NCBI RefSeq assembly: GCF_963921235.1
Contig: NC_086108.1
Location: 85,066,001-85,130,000, forward strand
DNA length: 64,000 bases
Source: Mobula hypostoma
Taxonomy: Eukaryota
Direction of reading: 5' to 3'
The notes below the pieces were generated by a model. The model was not told the DNA's origin and ran no database searches. It worked only from the letters and a program-made list of their open reading frames with translations. Shown piece by piece: positions 50,010 to 63,034 of this stretch. The position numbers and the translations under genes are program-made. Position 1 is the first letter of the stretch. Every line of letters starts with the position of its first letter.

Positions 50010-51610
50010 TGATAAACAGAGAGGATTGAAATGGGAAGTGTGGTTGATGTGATATACACGTGTCACCAATTGGCACAAAATAATCTGACAATATAGTTTG
50101 TCACCAGTCAAAGGCCAAGGATTAAAGGCTAGGGAAAGAAAAACAACCAAGGACCTGGCAGCTGGATCGAAGTGAAAGACTTTTTGAACTGGAGGAAAGT
50201 GTCCAGTGGAGTTTCCTAGGGGTCAAGAATAGGCTCCTGATTTTCTTTATACATATATTAATTACTTGGATTTGGGTAAACAGGGTACCATTTCCAAATT
50301 TGCAAATGGCACAGACTTGGAGATGCAGTGAACTGTGAGAATGATCATTGTAGATGACTTGGAGAAATAAAGCTGGTGGAATGGACGAAAAGCACCAGAT
50401 GAAATTTAATGAGAAATTGATTCTTGTCTTTCCTAAAATGTGATTTGTCAGACCTGGACCTGAAATACCAATGCCCAAGAACAGAAAAGTCTACAAAAGT
50501 GGTGGATGGAGCCCAGTCCATCACAGAAAAAGCCTTCCATGCCATCGAGCACATCGATAAGAGGACTGCCACAAGAAAGTAACATCCATCACCAAGAACT
50601 CCCACCATCCAGGCCATGCTCAAATACAAGTGATTCTGAAGACAGTTGAAATCTTGAGGAACACACACAAGTCAGGCAGGATATGTGGAGGGAAATGAAC
50701 ACAATGTTTTGGGCCGAGACCAGGAGTTATGTGTATTGCTCAATGAGAAATATGAGGTTGTACATTTTTGGTAGGAAGCATGAAAGAAGCAATGGAAACA
50801 AGAAAGCACAGTACCAATGAGCATACAAGAATGGACATGTAAAGTGTGCATATAGGATCCTGGACTTTATGAATTGAGGCATAGAATATAAGAACAATAA
50901 AATACTAACTTCCTTTGTAAAATACTGATTTGCTCACAAACGGAGTATCAGAAGTTCTAATTTCAAAGTTCAAAGTAAATTTATTATCAAAGTACATATA
51001 TGTCACCATATACTACCCTAAGATTCATTTTATTGCCGGCATTCACAGTAGAATAGAGAAATACAACAGAGTCAATGAAAAAATACACACAAACAAAGGC
51101 TAACAATCAATGTGCAAAAGAAGACAAACTGTGCAATTAATTAATGCTGAGAACATGAGTTTTGGAGTCCTTAAAAGTGAGTCCATAGGTTGTGGAGTCA
51201 GTTCAGTTTTGAGATGAGTGAAGTTGTTCATGCTGGTCCAGGACCCTGATGTCTGAAGGATAATAACTGTTCTTGAACCTGGTGGTGTGGGACCTGAGGC
51301 TCCTGAAGCTCCTTCCCAATGTCAGTAGCAAGAAAAGAGCATGACCTAGATGATGGATCCTGCTTTGTTGAAGCAGCGCTTATTGTACTTATGCTCAGCA
51401 GTGGGGAGGACTTTTCCTGCGATGGACTGGGTTGTGTTCTCTACTTTTGTAGGCCTTTCCACACTTTGGCATTGGTCTTTCATATCCAGATCTGAGAAAT
51501 CACATTTTAGGAAATGTGTAAGAAGGAGAGTCCACAAGAGTTATGCCAAAATTAAAACAAATAGTTGAATCATGGATTAATCGGCGAGTGGGGTTGTTCT
51601 CTTGAAACAG
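50010..51610 (+). mobile_element. Old CR1 RT remnant interrupted twice (50418-50741 and about 50960-51484)
   Basis: GTTGATGTGATATAC (VDVIY), TCCAAATTTGCAAATG (SKFA..), CAGATGAAATTTAAT (QMKFN), resuming GAGGTTGTACATTTT (EVVHF) and CACATTTTAGGAAA (HFRK). Confidence 0.7.
50960..51484 (-). mobile_element. Rex1/Babar-type 3' fragment
   Basis: (TTCAAAG)n tail and 3'UTR are the reverse complement of the family at 43780-44195. Confidence 0.75.
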
Positions 51611-53189
51611 AGCCAGTGTTACTAATTAGCAATTTACCAATTGATCAATATCCATTTATTACCAACAACCATCCTTCTCAATACCTCATTATCAAATTTT
51701 GTGCCATCTGGAATATTACTAAGCATTTTATATAGTTTAATGATAACTGACTATCAGTATTGGATCTGACAAATTTTGTGCGCGTAAGTTAAAATAGAAA
51801 GAAAAAAATGGCCATTTCAGTTAGTGCTTTCCCCTTGCCAATATTCTCTGCAGTCAGTCAAACAACCAGAAACAGATATCCTCTTTCTCTTGTACTTGAC
51901 ATCTTCAAGACTAAAATATAACCTTTTTTATTTTATTGCAAAACTCATATTCTGTCATATTTCACTGTACCAAGTATCAGTACACTGCCTTTTGACCAAA
52001 TATTTATCTCTTTAAGTTATGTAATAGATGCAATAAAAAGAATAGGTGCTCTAAAGTGTTTTAAACCTTGCACCATCTAATAAAATCAGACTATGTGGAC
52101 CAATAAAATAACACAGTATTTCATTGCTTTATCGTATTCTAACTTGAAAAATAAATAGGTTGCACTGTGAATTGGCAAATTGGCATTGCTAAAATTGCAT
52201 TGCAATGAGGGCAAACTTGCGTGTAAATGCAATTTTCATTTTATGCAAAGTGTACACATTACCTTTGAATTTGGTGCTAAAGGAATTCAGCCTTAGACTG
52301 AAAATCAATTGGGTTCCATGCAATGATACCTTCAATTATACCTTACAAATACCAACAAGCAATGATCAATCAGGATTCAATAAAACAGCACAGAGAATGA
52401 GCCTTACAACTTGGAATGTTGACATGTAACAGAATACCTGAATATATAATCAGTTTTATTGTTGTTGAGATGAATTGTGTTGTTTCACAATGACGCAATT
52501 GGTATGCAATTAGCAAAAGTTTTTGCTTGATAGGTGGTAGGAAATGTATGCCACACTCCATTGTCCTGGGGAGTCTGGTTAGCTGTTGTCATGAATAACT
52601 GTTGTCATGCATGGCTAGAGAGATTGCTGCCACGGGAACTGAATACTAAGAATCTGATGGATGCATTAGGCTTTTGTAGTGACAAATGGAGCTGAGGTCA
52701 CTTTCGTCTAATGAAATATAATTTGCAGAATCTGATTCTGTGTGGCCTTTGCCTGATGAAAGAGATACTCCAATAAAGGAAATATTTTGGTTAAATTTAC
52801 TCTATCTCTCCCTTTTTCTTGTTGCCTGTCTGTAAATTCAAGTATATGTAATTTTAATGAAATCTAAAGATATAGTGTTGTGACTGGTTATGTATCAGCA
52901 GTAGTTCAGACTTTTGTTGTACTTCACAGAATACATTATTAACAGATACGTGCTTTACTGTAAGTAAGCCGTTTTGATTTTGTGATTGTACTTAAACATC
53001 AAGGAAATGTTTTGTAGGTAATAAATTCTGAAAGTGTAAGGCAGCTAACTTGATGGACTCAACTGAACTAACTAAAAACCACTCGAATTTTCACACTGCT
53101 GGTATACAATATGATCATTAGCATTTGTTCTCTCCAGCATGGACAGATGCTTTTAAAAAATTATGCTCATCACAAAGTCAATTGTACTT

Positions 53190-53520
53190 GAATGGCGTTG
53201 TAGCTAAGCTGGTAGAGCTGCTGGCTCAAAGTGGCAGAAACCCAGGTTCAGTCGTGATTTCTGGTGCTAGCTGCTTGGAGTTTGCACGTTCTCCCTACAA
53301 TGAAGTCCTGGTTTCATCCCACATCTGCAAGACTTGCAGACTGAAAGGCTCATGAGCCACTGCTAATTACTGTGCAGCTGTGCGGTTGAATCTGGGGGCT
53401 GTTGATGTGAATGAGGGGAGAATAAAAATAGGGATTAATGTAGGATAGGTGTAAAACTGTGGTTGATGATCAGTGTAGAATTGGGCTGCTAAAGTGCCTG
53501 CATCCATGCTGTATCTATTA
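53190..53520 (+). mobile_element. tRNA-derived V-SINE/HE1-type element
   Basis: A box TAGCTAAGCTGG, B-box-like GGTTCAGTC, GGAGTTTGCACGTTCTCCC, CTGGTTTCATCCCACAT, and a CR1-like 3' end. Confidence 0.75.
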
Positions 53521-53689
53521 CTATGCTGCCTGTTACACTTCGTTGAATTCCTATTGCTTAGTCGTTCATTTGGTAGAATTGATTGCCTCTGAGATGGAAG
53601 TTTCAAACTCCATTTAAGTACATAAACACCCTTAAGTATAAAACTAGCAATATCGTCAAATTTACAGTAAAGGGACAGATAGTACCACT

Positions 53690-55292
53690 GCTTTAAATCG
53701 CATCTATTTTAATGCATGTAAGACGGACAAACTGAGGGCATGGTCTGCCCCCAGGGACTAGGATATTATGGCTGTAACAAGAATGTGGTTGAGAGAAGAG
53801 CAGGACTGGCAGCTCAGTGTTCCAGGACACTGATGCTTTAGGCGTGACAAAGAGAAAGGAAGGAGTTGGGGCTGAAGGTGGGGGTGGGGGGAGATATTTC
53901 CTTTTTAATAAGAGAGGCCATAACAACAGTGCTTAGAGAGGATATTTATGAGGGATCATCACAAGATGGTTTCCCATTTAGGGCTTTATTATCGAACCCC
54001 CAGTTATCTGCAGAAACTTGAGGATTAGATGCATTGATAAATTGCATATACTTGTGAAAATAGTAGGGTAGTGCTAATGTGAGATTTGAAGAATTTGGGC
54101 CACCCAGAGTCCAAAGGACCTGGATGGGTTGGAATTTTTGCGGTGCATCCAGAAAGGTTTCCTCACGCAATATCTTCAGAGGATCCTATTCAGAAGGGAG
54201 CAATACTGGACCTCCTCTTAGTAAACAAGGTGAGACATGAAACTGAAATGCCATATGAGAGTGCTTTAGGTTCAGTGACCTCAATTCTATTAGTGTTATG
54301 AAAAAAGATAGAACAGATGCCTTGGATAAAGTCCCAAAATGGAGAAGGCCCAACTTTGAGGGTTTTGGGTAGGACCTAGCTGGGGTCAACTAAGTGACTT
54401 TATTTAGAGACAAAGGAATAATTGGAAAGTGGAAGGTTTTTATAAGGGTTATATTAAGATTCCCAGGCAGCATATTCCTGTAGGGTAAAGGGTAGACACA
54501 CCCTAGATGGCAATAAATATTGAGGCTCTGGTGAGGATAAAAAAAAAGGAAATGTGCTTAATTTAGGCAACTGGAAATAAAAGAAAAGTTTAAGTCTAGG
54601 CTTGAGAGAGAAATCAGGAGGGAAATAAGCATATGAGAATGATTAGCAGGCAGGGTGAAAGATAACTAGATGTTTTTTAGTTATATTAACAGTTAAAAGG
54701 GTGACATGGGAATGACTATGTCCTCCTGAAGGCCATTAGGGCTGCTTTTGTGTGAAGCTACGAGAGATGGCTGAGATTTTTTAATGTATATTGCTCCTTA
54801 GCTGAGTATGGGAATATCAGGAATACTATTGAAATGAGGGTATTGAAGTGAGGCATTGGATCTTATGTTTATTATGAGGAAGGAGCTATTAGCAGCCTTG
54901 AAGTACATTTAGGTGGCAAACCCCCAGGTCTTCACCAAGTACATTTCCAGACCTTAGGGGAGGCCGGCGAAGAAATTACAAAGGCCCTTGTTGAGATACT
55001 TGCTTTGTTGTTAGCCCCTGGTGAAGTTCCAAAAGACTGGAGGGTGGCTAATGTTGTTCCATTGTTCAAGAAGGGTAGCAAGTATAGGCCAGGGAACTAC
55101 AGACTAATGAGCCCGACTTCCGTTGTAGGGAAATAGTTGGAGGTAATTCTGAGGGACAAAATCTGCCATCACTTAGATAGTTAAGGCCTGATCAGGAATG
55201 ATTAACATAGTTTTGTGTATGGGTGGTCATGTCTGATGAATCTTGAGTTTTTCAAAAGGGTAACTACGGGGATACGTGAAGGTAGGGCAGTG
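53690..55292 (+). mobile_element. Old CR1 ORF2, left part (APE and RT N-terminus)
   Basis: IYFNA..., GAILDLLLVN, VPKDWRVANVVPLFKKG, PGNYRLMS; ends GAAGGTAGGGCAGTG (EGRAV). Confidence 0.88.
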
Positions 55293-55766
55293 TTGGATCT
55301 CAATGCGTGAAGTATAAGAAATAAGGTTGTTGTACTATTACAGATTGCCAGGTATGATGTTGTTGCCATCACTGAATCGTGGTTGAAGGATGGCTGTAGT
55401 TGGGAACTGAATGTCCAAGGTTACAAGTTGTATTGGAGGGATAGGAAGGTAGGCAGAGGGGGAGGCATGGCTCTACTGGTAAAGAATGGATTCAAATCAG
55501 TAGAAAGATGTGACATAGGATCGGAAGATGTTGAATCCTTGTGGGTTGAGTTAAGAAACTGCAAGGGTAAAAGGACCCTGATGGCAGTTATATACAGGCC
55601 TCCCAACAGTGGCTGGGAGGTGGACCACAGATTACAACAGGAAATAGAAAAGGCGAGTCAAAAGAGCAATGTTGTGATGGTCATGGGAGATTTTAACATG
55701 CAGGTCGACTGGGAAAATCAGGTTGGTAATGGAGCTCAAGAGAGTGAGTTTGCTGAATGCCTAAGA

Positions 55767-56826
55767 CAGGGGTCCCCAATCTTTTTTGCACTGTGGACCG
55801 GTTTAATATTGACAATATTCTTGCGGACCAGACGACCCGGGGGGGGGGTGGGCGGTAGGGTTGCCAACAGACAAGAGTAGCAGTCAAATACGTCATGCTT
55901 ACCCCGAAAAAGACTACAATGACCACGAAGCCTTGCATGGGCACCAGTGCACATGCATGTACATGCCGATTTTTCTCTCTACAAATCGTTTTTGGCAATT
56001 CTCTTCGGGGGGGGGGGGTGTTAATCACGACCGGAATATAGGTGAAAAGTGGCGAATACACTCAATTTCATTTCTAAAAGGGTTTATCTAACGAATTTAA
56101 CACACAGCGCATATTTTCCTTGCATGAATATAGTGATAAGTCAATTATCAGGGGAGCTTGAAGTACGTGTTGAAAGAACTTCCAGTAGAAATGGGAGAGG
56201 AATGTTTGGCACGGACTAGAAGGGCCAAGATGGCTTGTTTCCATGCTGTAATTGTTATATGGTTATATGTTATATATAAGTCAATAGCATCATAACATTT
56301 TAAGTAACGTTTGGATATTAAACACACAGCACATATTTTCCCCGTATGAACATATCAAATCATTGCAACACACCAATATCGCTGAATCAGTGGGAGCCCT
56401 GGGCTTGTTTTCCTGCAACAAGACGGTGTCATCGAGGGGTGATGGGAGACAGCGATGTTCGAAGGGGTTTCCTTATGTCCAGTCTATTCTGCAATTTGGT
56501 TTTCCTTGCATTCATTGCAGAGATATGTTGGAAATGGAAGCAACATTTTCAGTGCATTTGTGGCTATCTCAGGATATTCAGCCTTGACTTTGATCCAGAA
56601 TGCCAGCAGAGATGTTATGTCAAACATGCTTTTCAGCCCACTGTAATTTGCAAGCTGGGGGAGTTGATCTTCTTCCTGCACTGACATGGATGACGCGTGT
56701 GTTCAAGCTCAGCAGTGGGTGTGACAGGAAATGAGGAAAGGTACAGCTGACTCATATTGCCAAATCATATCGTTTTCTCGTGGCCCGGTAGCACATGCTT
56801 TGCGGCCTGGTGGTTGGGGACCGCTG
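55767..56826 (-). mobile_element. hAT (Buster/Charlie-type) non-autonomous transposon
   Basis: TIRs CAGGGGTCCCCAA / TTGGGGACCGCTG. 8-bp TSD GCCTAAGA / GCGTAAGA with central TA. ORF 56484-56687 FWIKVKAEYPEIA...LLPFPTYLC is the hAT C-terminal dimerisation domain. Confidence 0.95.
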
Positions 56827-57400
56827 GCGTAAGAGATGGCTTTTCAGAGCAGTTTGTCATTGAGCCTACTAGGGGATCAGCTATACTGGATTGGGTGTTA
56901 TGTAATGAACCGGAGGTGATTAGGGAACCTAAGGTAAAAGAACCCTAAGGAACCAGTGATCGCAATATGATTGAGTTCAACTTGAAATCTGATAGGGAGA
57001 AAGTCTGACGTAGCAGTATTTCAGTGGAGTGAGGGAAATTACAGTGGTATGAGAGAGGAGTTGGCCAAAGTAAGTTGGAAGGCGCTGCTGGCAGGAATGT
57101 CAGCAGAGCAGCAATGGTGTGCATTTCTGGGGAAAATGAGGAAGGTGTCGGACATATGTATTCCAAAAATGAAGAAATACTCAAATGGAAAAATAGTACA
57201 ACCGTGGCTAACAAGGGAAGTCAAAGCTAATGTGAAAAAAAGAGAGGACATACAACAAAGCAAAAATTAGTGGGAAGATAGAGGATTGGGAAGTTTTTAA
57301 AAATCTACAGAGAGCAACTAAAAGAATCATTAGAAGGGAAAAGATGAAATATGAAAGCAAACTAGCAAATAATATCAAAGTGGATAGTAAAAGCTTTTTC

Positions 57401-59084
57401 TTTTTTTTGTAATTTTTTTTGAATTTCATCATCAAACAAATATTTCCATAAGATGTATTTCAGATACTGTACATATATATCATATGATCATATTTGTCAC
57501 AAATCTCCACATAATATTTATCTGAGGTATACACTTATAGAAAGGAGAGGAAAAAAGAACAATTGAAAGAAGAAAACTATGTACAGAGTAAGGAGTGATC
57601 TTTTTTTTACAACATATTCATTGACTTGTGAGAATAAAATCAGGCCTATGAGGTGTTATGTAGTTAAACTATTTTTTCCAGTATGAATAAAATTGTTCCA
57701 ACTTATGATTAACAGATGCTGTTATCCTCTCCATTTTGTAAATGTCTACTGTAATTTCCATCCATACATTTAAAGTTGGGCTCTCCTGTGATAACCATTT
57801 CCTGGTGAGGGTCTTTTTACCAGCCACCAGCAGTACATTCATTAAATATTTATCTCTCTTCAACCATTCTTGAGGTATATACCCAAAATATATGGTCTTA
57901 CTCTCTAAGGGTATTTCACATTTAAAGATGTCTTGTAGGGCATTATGTATCCCACTCCAATAGTCTTTGATAACGGGGAATTCCCAGAAAATATGATTTC
58001 CACAACTTCTCCAGCAAACAGGGGGATTACTATCATAATGGGATTTCTGAGAGGCTGTAATAAAATATCTTATCAAGTTTTTCCACCCAAACTCCCTCCA
58101 TTTCTGTGAACTGGTACCTCCATTTTATTGTCCAGTCTTCCTCAGATATTATTATCCCTCCTTCCTTCTCCATTTTGTTTTAATGTATGAAGTTGAATGT
58201 GTTTTAAGATTTGACAAATCCTTATACACGCTTGAAATTATTCTACTACCATTGTCTGAAATGTATGCTCTTCTAAATAGCTCTGTCAGACATGTACTTG
58301 CCTTGGTTACATTTTTAACCGTCCTATTAACATATTGTCGCATCTGCAAATACTGATAAAAGTCTTGTTTTTCCAATAAGTGTTTGTCTTTGAGCATTTC
58401 AAAACTGAACAGTGTTCCTTCTTTCATTATATTGCAAATAGCTGTTATTCCTTTAGCTGTCCAGTCTTTAGATCTAGCATCCACTTTTTTCGGCGTAAGA
58501 TCCGAGTCATATGCTCACCATTTAAGAATTGCAATGTCTCTCTCTAGTTTATATTCTTTTATATTAGTTTTCCATATTTTAAGAGTGCATTTCACCCATG
58601 AGTTGTCAATATTATTTATGTAACTTTGCAGGTTGTTATCGGCCAAAATTGCCTGTATGGGGATGGAAAGTATCCTCTCCTCAATGTTTTTCCATTGAGT
58701 GTCACATGATGGGCTGCACCAGCATATCACGGCTCTCAATTGTGCTGCAAAATAATAATCTCTAAGAGAAGGTAGGCCCCATCCCCCGCTATTCCCTGGC
58801 TAATTGCAAAGTTTTGAGACGAACCCTAGGCCTTTTACCTTGCCATATATATCTTGATAGCATCTTGTTCCATTCATTGAATTGATTTAGGTTAATCTCT
58901 ATTGGTAGAGTCTGAAAGAGATATAGTAGTCTGGGCAATATATTCATTTTAATAGATTCAATCCTTGAACTGAGATCAAGAAAAGGAATTAGGTTCCATC
59001 TTGTTATATCTTCCTTAATTTTTTTATATATAGGCTGATAATTGCATTCTGATAATTTTGCCAAATCTTTTGGCATAATGATGC
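57401..59084 (-). mobile_element. L1-clade LINE, 5'-truncated (ORF2 C-terminal part, poly(A))
   Basis: RIESIKMNILPRLLYLFQTLP...YIWQGKRPRV and CWRSCG..HIFWE. Poly(T) at 57401. 15-bp TSD AGTAAAAGCTTT(T/G)TC at 57386-57400 and 59085-59099. Confidence 0.93.
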
Positions 59085-59598
59085 AGTAAAAGCTTTGTCA
59101 AAGATGCAAAAAATAAAAGAGAGATGAGAGCGGACATAGGACTGCTAGAAAATGAGGCAGGAGAAATAATAATGGGGACAAGGAGATGGCAGATGAACTA
59201 AATGAGTATTTTACATCAGTCTTCACTGTGGAAGACACTAGCAGTGTGCCAGGTGTTGTAGTGTGTGAAGGAAGAGAAGTGGGTGCAGTTACTGTTGCAA
59301 GGGAGAAGGTGCTCAAAAAGCTGAAAGACCTAAAAGTACATAAGTCACCTGGATCAGATGAACTACACCCTAGGGTTTTGAAAGAGGTAGTGTTAGACAT
59401 TGTGGTGGCATTAGAAATGATCTTTCAAAAATCATTGGACTCTGGCATGGTGCCAGAGGACTAGAAAATTGCAAATGTCACTCCACACTATAAGGAAGAA
59501 GGAAGGCAGCAGAAAAGAAATTATAGGCCAGTTAGCCTGACCTCAGTGGTTGGGAAGATGTTACAGTCAATTGTTAAGGACGAGGTGAAGAAGTGCTT

Positions 59599-61731
59599 AG
59601 AACATAGAACATAGAACAGTACAGCACAGTACAGGCCCTTCAGCCCACAATGTTGTGCCGACCCTTAAACCCTGCCTCCCACATAACTCCCACCTTAAAT
59701 TCCACCATATACCTGTCTAGTAGTCTCTTAAATTTCACTATTGTTTCTGCCTCCACCACTGACTCAAGCAGTGCATTCCACACACCAACCACTCTCTGAG
59801 TAAAAAACCTTCCTCTAATATCCCCCTTGAACTTCCCACCCCTTACCTTAAAGCCATGTCCTCTTGTATTGAGTGGTGGTGCCCTGGGGAAGAGGCGCTG
59901 GCTGTCCACTCTATCTATTCCTCTTAATATCTTGTATATCTCTATCATATCTCCTCTCATCCTCCTTCCCTCCAGAGAGTAAAGCCTTAGCTCCCTTAAT
60001 CTCTGATCATAATCCATACTCTCTAAACCAGGCAGCATCCTGGTAAATCTCCTCTGTACCCTTTCCAATGCTTCCATATCCTTCCTATAGTGAGGCGACC
60101 AGAACTGGACACAGTACTCCAAGTGTGGCCTAACCAGAGTTTTATAGAGCTGCATCATTATATCGCGACTCTTAAACTCTATCCCTCGACTTATGAAAGC
60201 TAACACCCCATAAACTTTCTTAACTATCCTATCTACCTATGAGGCAACTTTCAGGGATCTGTGGACATGTACCCCCAGATCCCTCTGCTCCTCCACACTG
60301 CCAAGCATCCTGCCATTTACTTTGTACTCTGCCTTGGAGTTTGTCCTTCCAAAGTGTACCACCTCACACTTCTCCGGGTTGAACTCCATCTGCCACTTCT
60401 CAGCCCACTTCTGCATCCTATCAATGTCTCTCTGCAATCTTCAACAATCCTCTACACTGTCTACAACACCACCAACCTTTGTGTCGTCTGCAAACTTGCC
60501 AATCCACCCTTCTACCCCCACATCCAGGTCGTTAATAAAAATCATGAAAAGTAGAGGTCCCAGAAATGATCCTTGTGGGTCACCACTAGTCACAAAAAGC
60601 ATCCTGCGAGCAGCAGTTTTGTGGGCAAAAACACCTTATTAATGAGAGGTGTCAGAGGAAGATGGCCGTACTCTTTTAAGCTGACACAAAAGTCAGAAGG
60701 CATGGGATCCAGGGAACTTTGGCCAGGTGGACTCAGAATTGGCTTGCCTGCAGAAAGCAGAGGGTCGTGATGGAGGGAGTACATTCGGATTGGAGGGTTG
60801 TGACTAGTGGTGTCCTACTACCCTATATTCCTCAATAGACCCATCTGATCCTTGCTTCCTAAACCTTATGTATGCTGCCTTCTCTTGTCACCCGTGGTTC
60901 CTTCACCCTACCATTCTTTATCTTCCTCACCGGACAAAGTTATCCCTAACATCTTGCAAGAGATCCCTAAACATCGACCACATGTACATAGTACATTTCC
61001 CTGCAAAAATATCATCCCAATTCACACCCGCAAGTTCCAGCCTTATAGCCTCATAATTTGCCCTTCCCCAATTAAACATTTTCCTGTCTTCTCTGATTCT
61101 GTCCTTTTCCATGATAATGCTGAAGGCCAGGGAGTGGTGGTCACTGTCCCCCAGATGCTCACCCACTGAGAGATCTGTGGCTTGACTCGGTTTGCTACCT
61201 AATACTAGATCTAGTACGGTATTCCCCCTTAGTCGGCCTGTCAACATACTGTGACAGGAATCCATCCTGGACACACTTAACAAACTCTGCCCCATCTAAA
61301 CCATTGGAACTAATCAGGTACCAATCAATATTAGTGAAGTTAAAGTCACCCATGATAACAACCCTGTTATTTTTGCACCTTTCCAAAATCTGCCTCCCAA
61401 TCTGCTCCTCGGTATCTCTGCTGCTACCAGGGGGCCTACAGAATACTCCCAGTAGAGTAACTGCTCCCTTCCTGTTCTAGACTTCTACCCATACTGACTC
61501 AAAATAGGATCCTGCTACATTACCCACCCTTTCTGTAGCTGTAATAGTATCCCTGACCAGTATTGCCACCCTTCCTCCCCTTCCCCCCCATCCCTTTTAA
61601 AGCATTGAAATCCAGGAATATTGAGAATCCATTCCTGCCCTGGTGCCGGCCAAGTCTCTGTAATGGCTACTACATCATAATTCCATGTATGTATCCAAGC
61701 TCTCAGTTCATCACCTTTGTTCCTGATGCTT
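59599..61731 (-). mobile_element. CR1, (TTCTATG)n-tailed, internally rearranged
   Basis: APE ORFs 61515, 61195 and 60927; RT C-terminal ORFs 60237 and 59640-60206. TGCTT shared at both junctions (59594-98, 61727-31). Confidence 0.93.
60596..60690 (+). mobile_element. ~95-bp Tc1 transposase-derived filler inside the CR1
   Basis: CATCCTGCGAGCAGCAGTTTTGTGGG...TTAATGAGAGGTGTCAGAGGAAGATGGCC...AAGCTGACA aligns with the reverse complement of about 36020-36108. Confidence 0.8.
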
Positions 61732-63034
61732 GGTGACACATGACAAGACAGGACAAAGTCAGCATGGTTTCCTTCAGGGAAAATCTTGCCTAATGAACCT
61801 GTTGGAATTCTTTGAGGAGATTACAAGTAGGATAGATAAAGGGGATGTCATATACTTGGACTCCCAGAAGGCCTTTGACAAGGTGCCACACATGAGGCTG
61901 CTTACCAAGTTAAGAGCCCGTGGTATTACAGGAAAGTTACTAAGGTGGTTAGAACATCGGCTGATTGGAAGAAGGCAGCGAATGGAAATAAAAAGATCCT
62001 TGTCTGGTTAGCTGCCAATGACTAGTGATGTTCTATAGGAGTTGGTGTTGGGACCACTTCTTTTTCTGCTGTATTTAAATTGTTTAGATGATGAAATAGA
62101 TGGTTTTGCTGCCAAGTTTGCAGATGATACAAAGATTGGTGGAGGGGCAGGTAGTGTTGAGGAAACATGTACAGTGCAGAAGGACTTAGACAGATTCAGA
62201 GAATGGGCAAGAAAGTGGCAATGAAATATAATGTTGCAAAATGTATGGCCATGCAGTGTGGTAGTAGAAATAAATGTGCGGGCTATTTTCTAAATGGGGA
62301 GAAAATCCAAAAATCTGAGATGGGAGTCCTTGTGCAGAAAACCCTAAAAGTTAACAGCAGGTTGAGTCAATGGTGAGGAAGGCAAATGCAATGTTAGGTT
62401 TCATTTCAAGAGGTCTAGAATACAAGAGCAGGGATGTGATGCTGAGGCTTTATAAGGCACTTGTGAGGCATCACCTTGAGTATTGTGTACAGTTTTGGGT
62501 TCCTTATCTTAGAAGAGATGTGCTGGCATTGGAGAGGGTCCAGTGGAGGTTCACAAGGATGATTCTAGGAATGAAAGGGTTACTATATGAGGAATGTTTG
62601 ATAGCTCTGGTTCTATACTTGCTGGAACTTAGAAGGATGAGGGGGGATCTCATTGAAACCTCTCTAATGTTGAAAGGACTAGACAGAGTAGATGTGAAAG
62701 GATGTTTCCCATGGTGGGAGAGTCCAGGACAAGAAGGCACAGCCTCAGGATAGAGGGGCACCCTTTCAAAACAGAGATGCAGAAAAATTTCTTTTGCCAA
62801 AGGGTGGTGAATTTGTGGAATTTCTTGCCACATGCAGCTGTGGAGGCCAGGTCGTTGGGTGTATTTAAGGCAGAGATTGATAAGTTCTTGATTGGACATG
62901 GCATCAAAGGTTACGGGGAGAAGGCCGGGAAATGGAGTTGAGGAGGGAAAAAAAAGGATCAGCCATAATTAAATGGTGGAGCAGACTCAATGGGCCAAAT
63001 GGCTTAATTCTGCTCCTACGCCATATGGTCTTAT

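Noticed and set aside
59640..60206. Longest ORF (188 aa) as a functional gene
   Set aside because: It is the C-terminal part of CR1 ORF2 in a truncated, rearranged copy.
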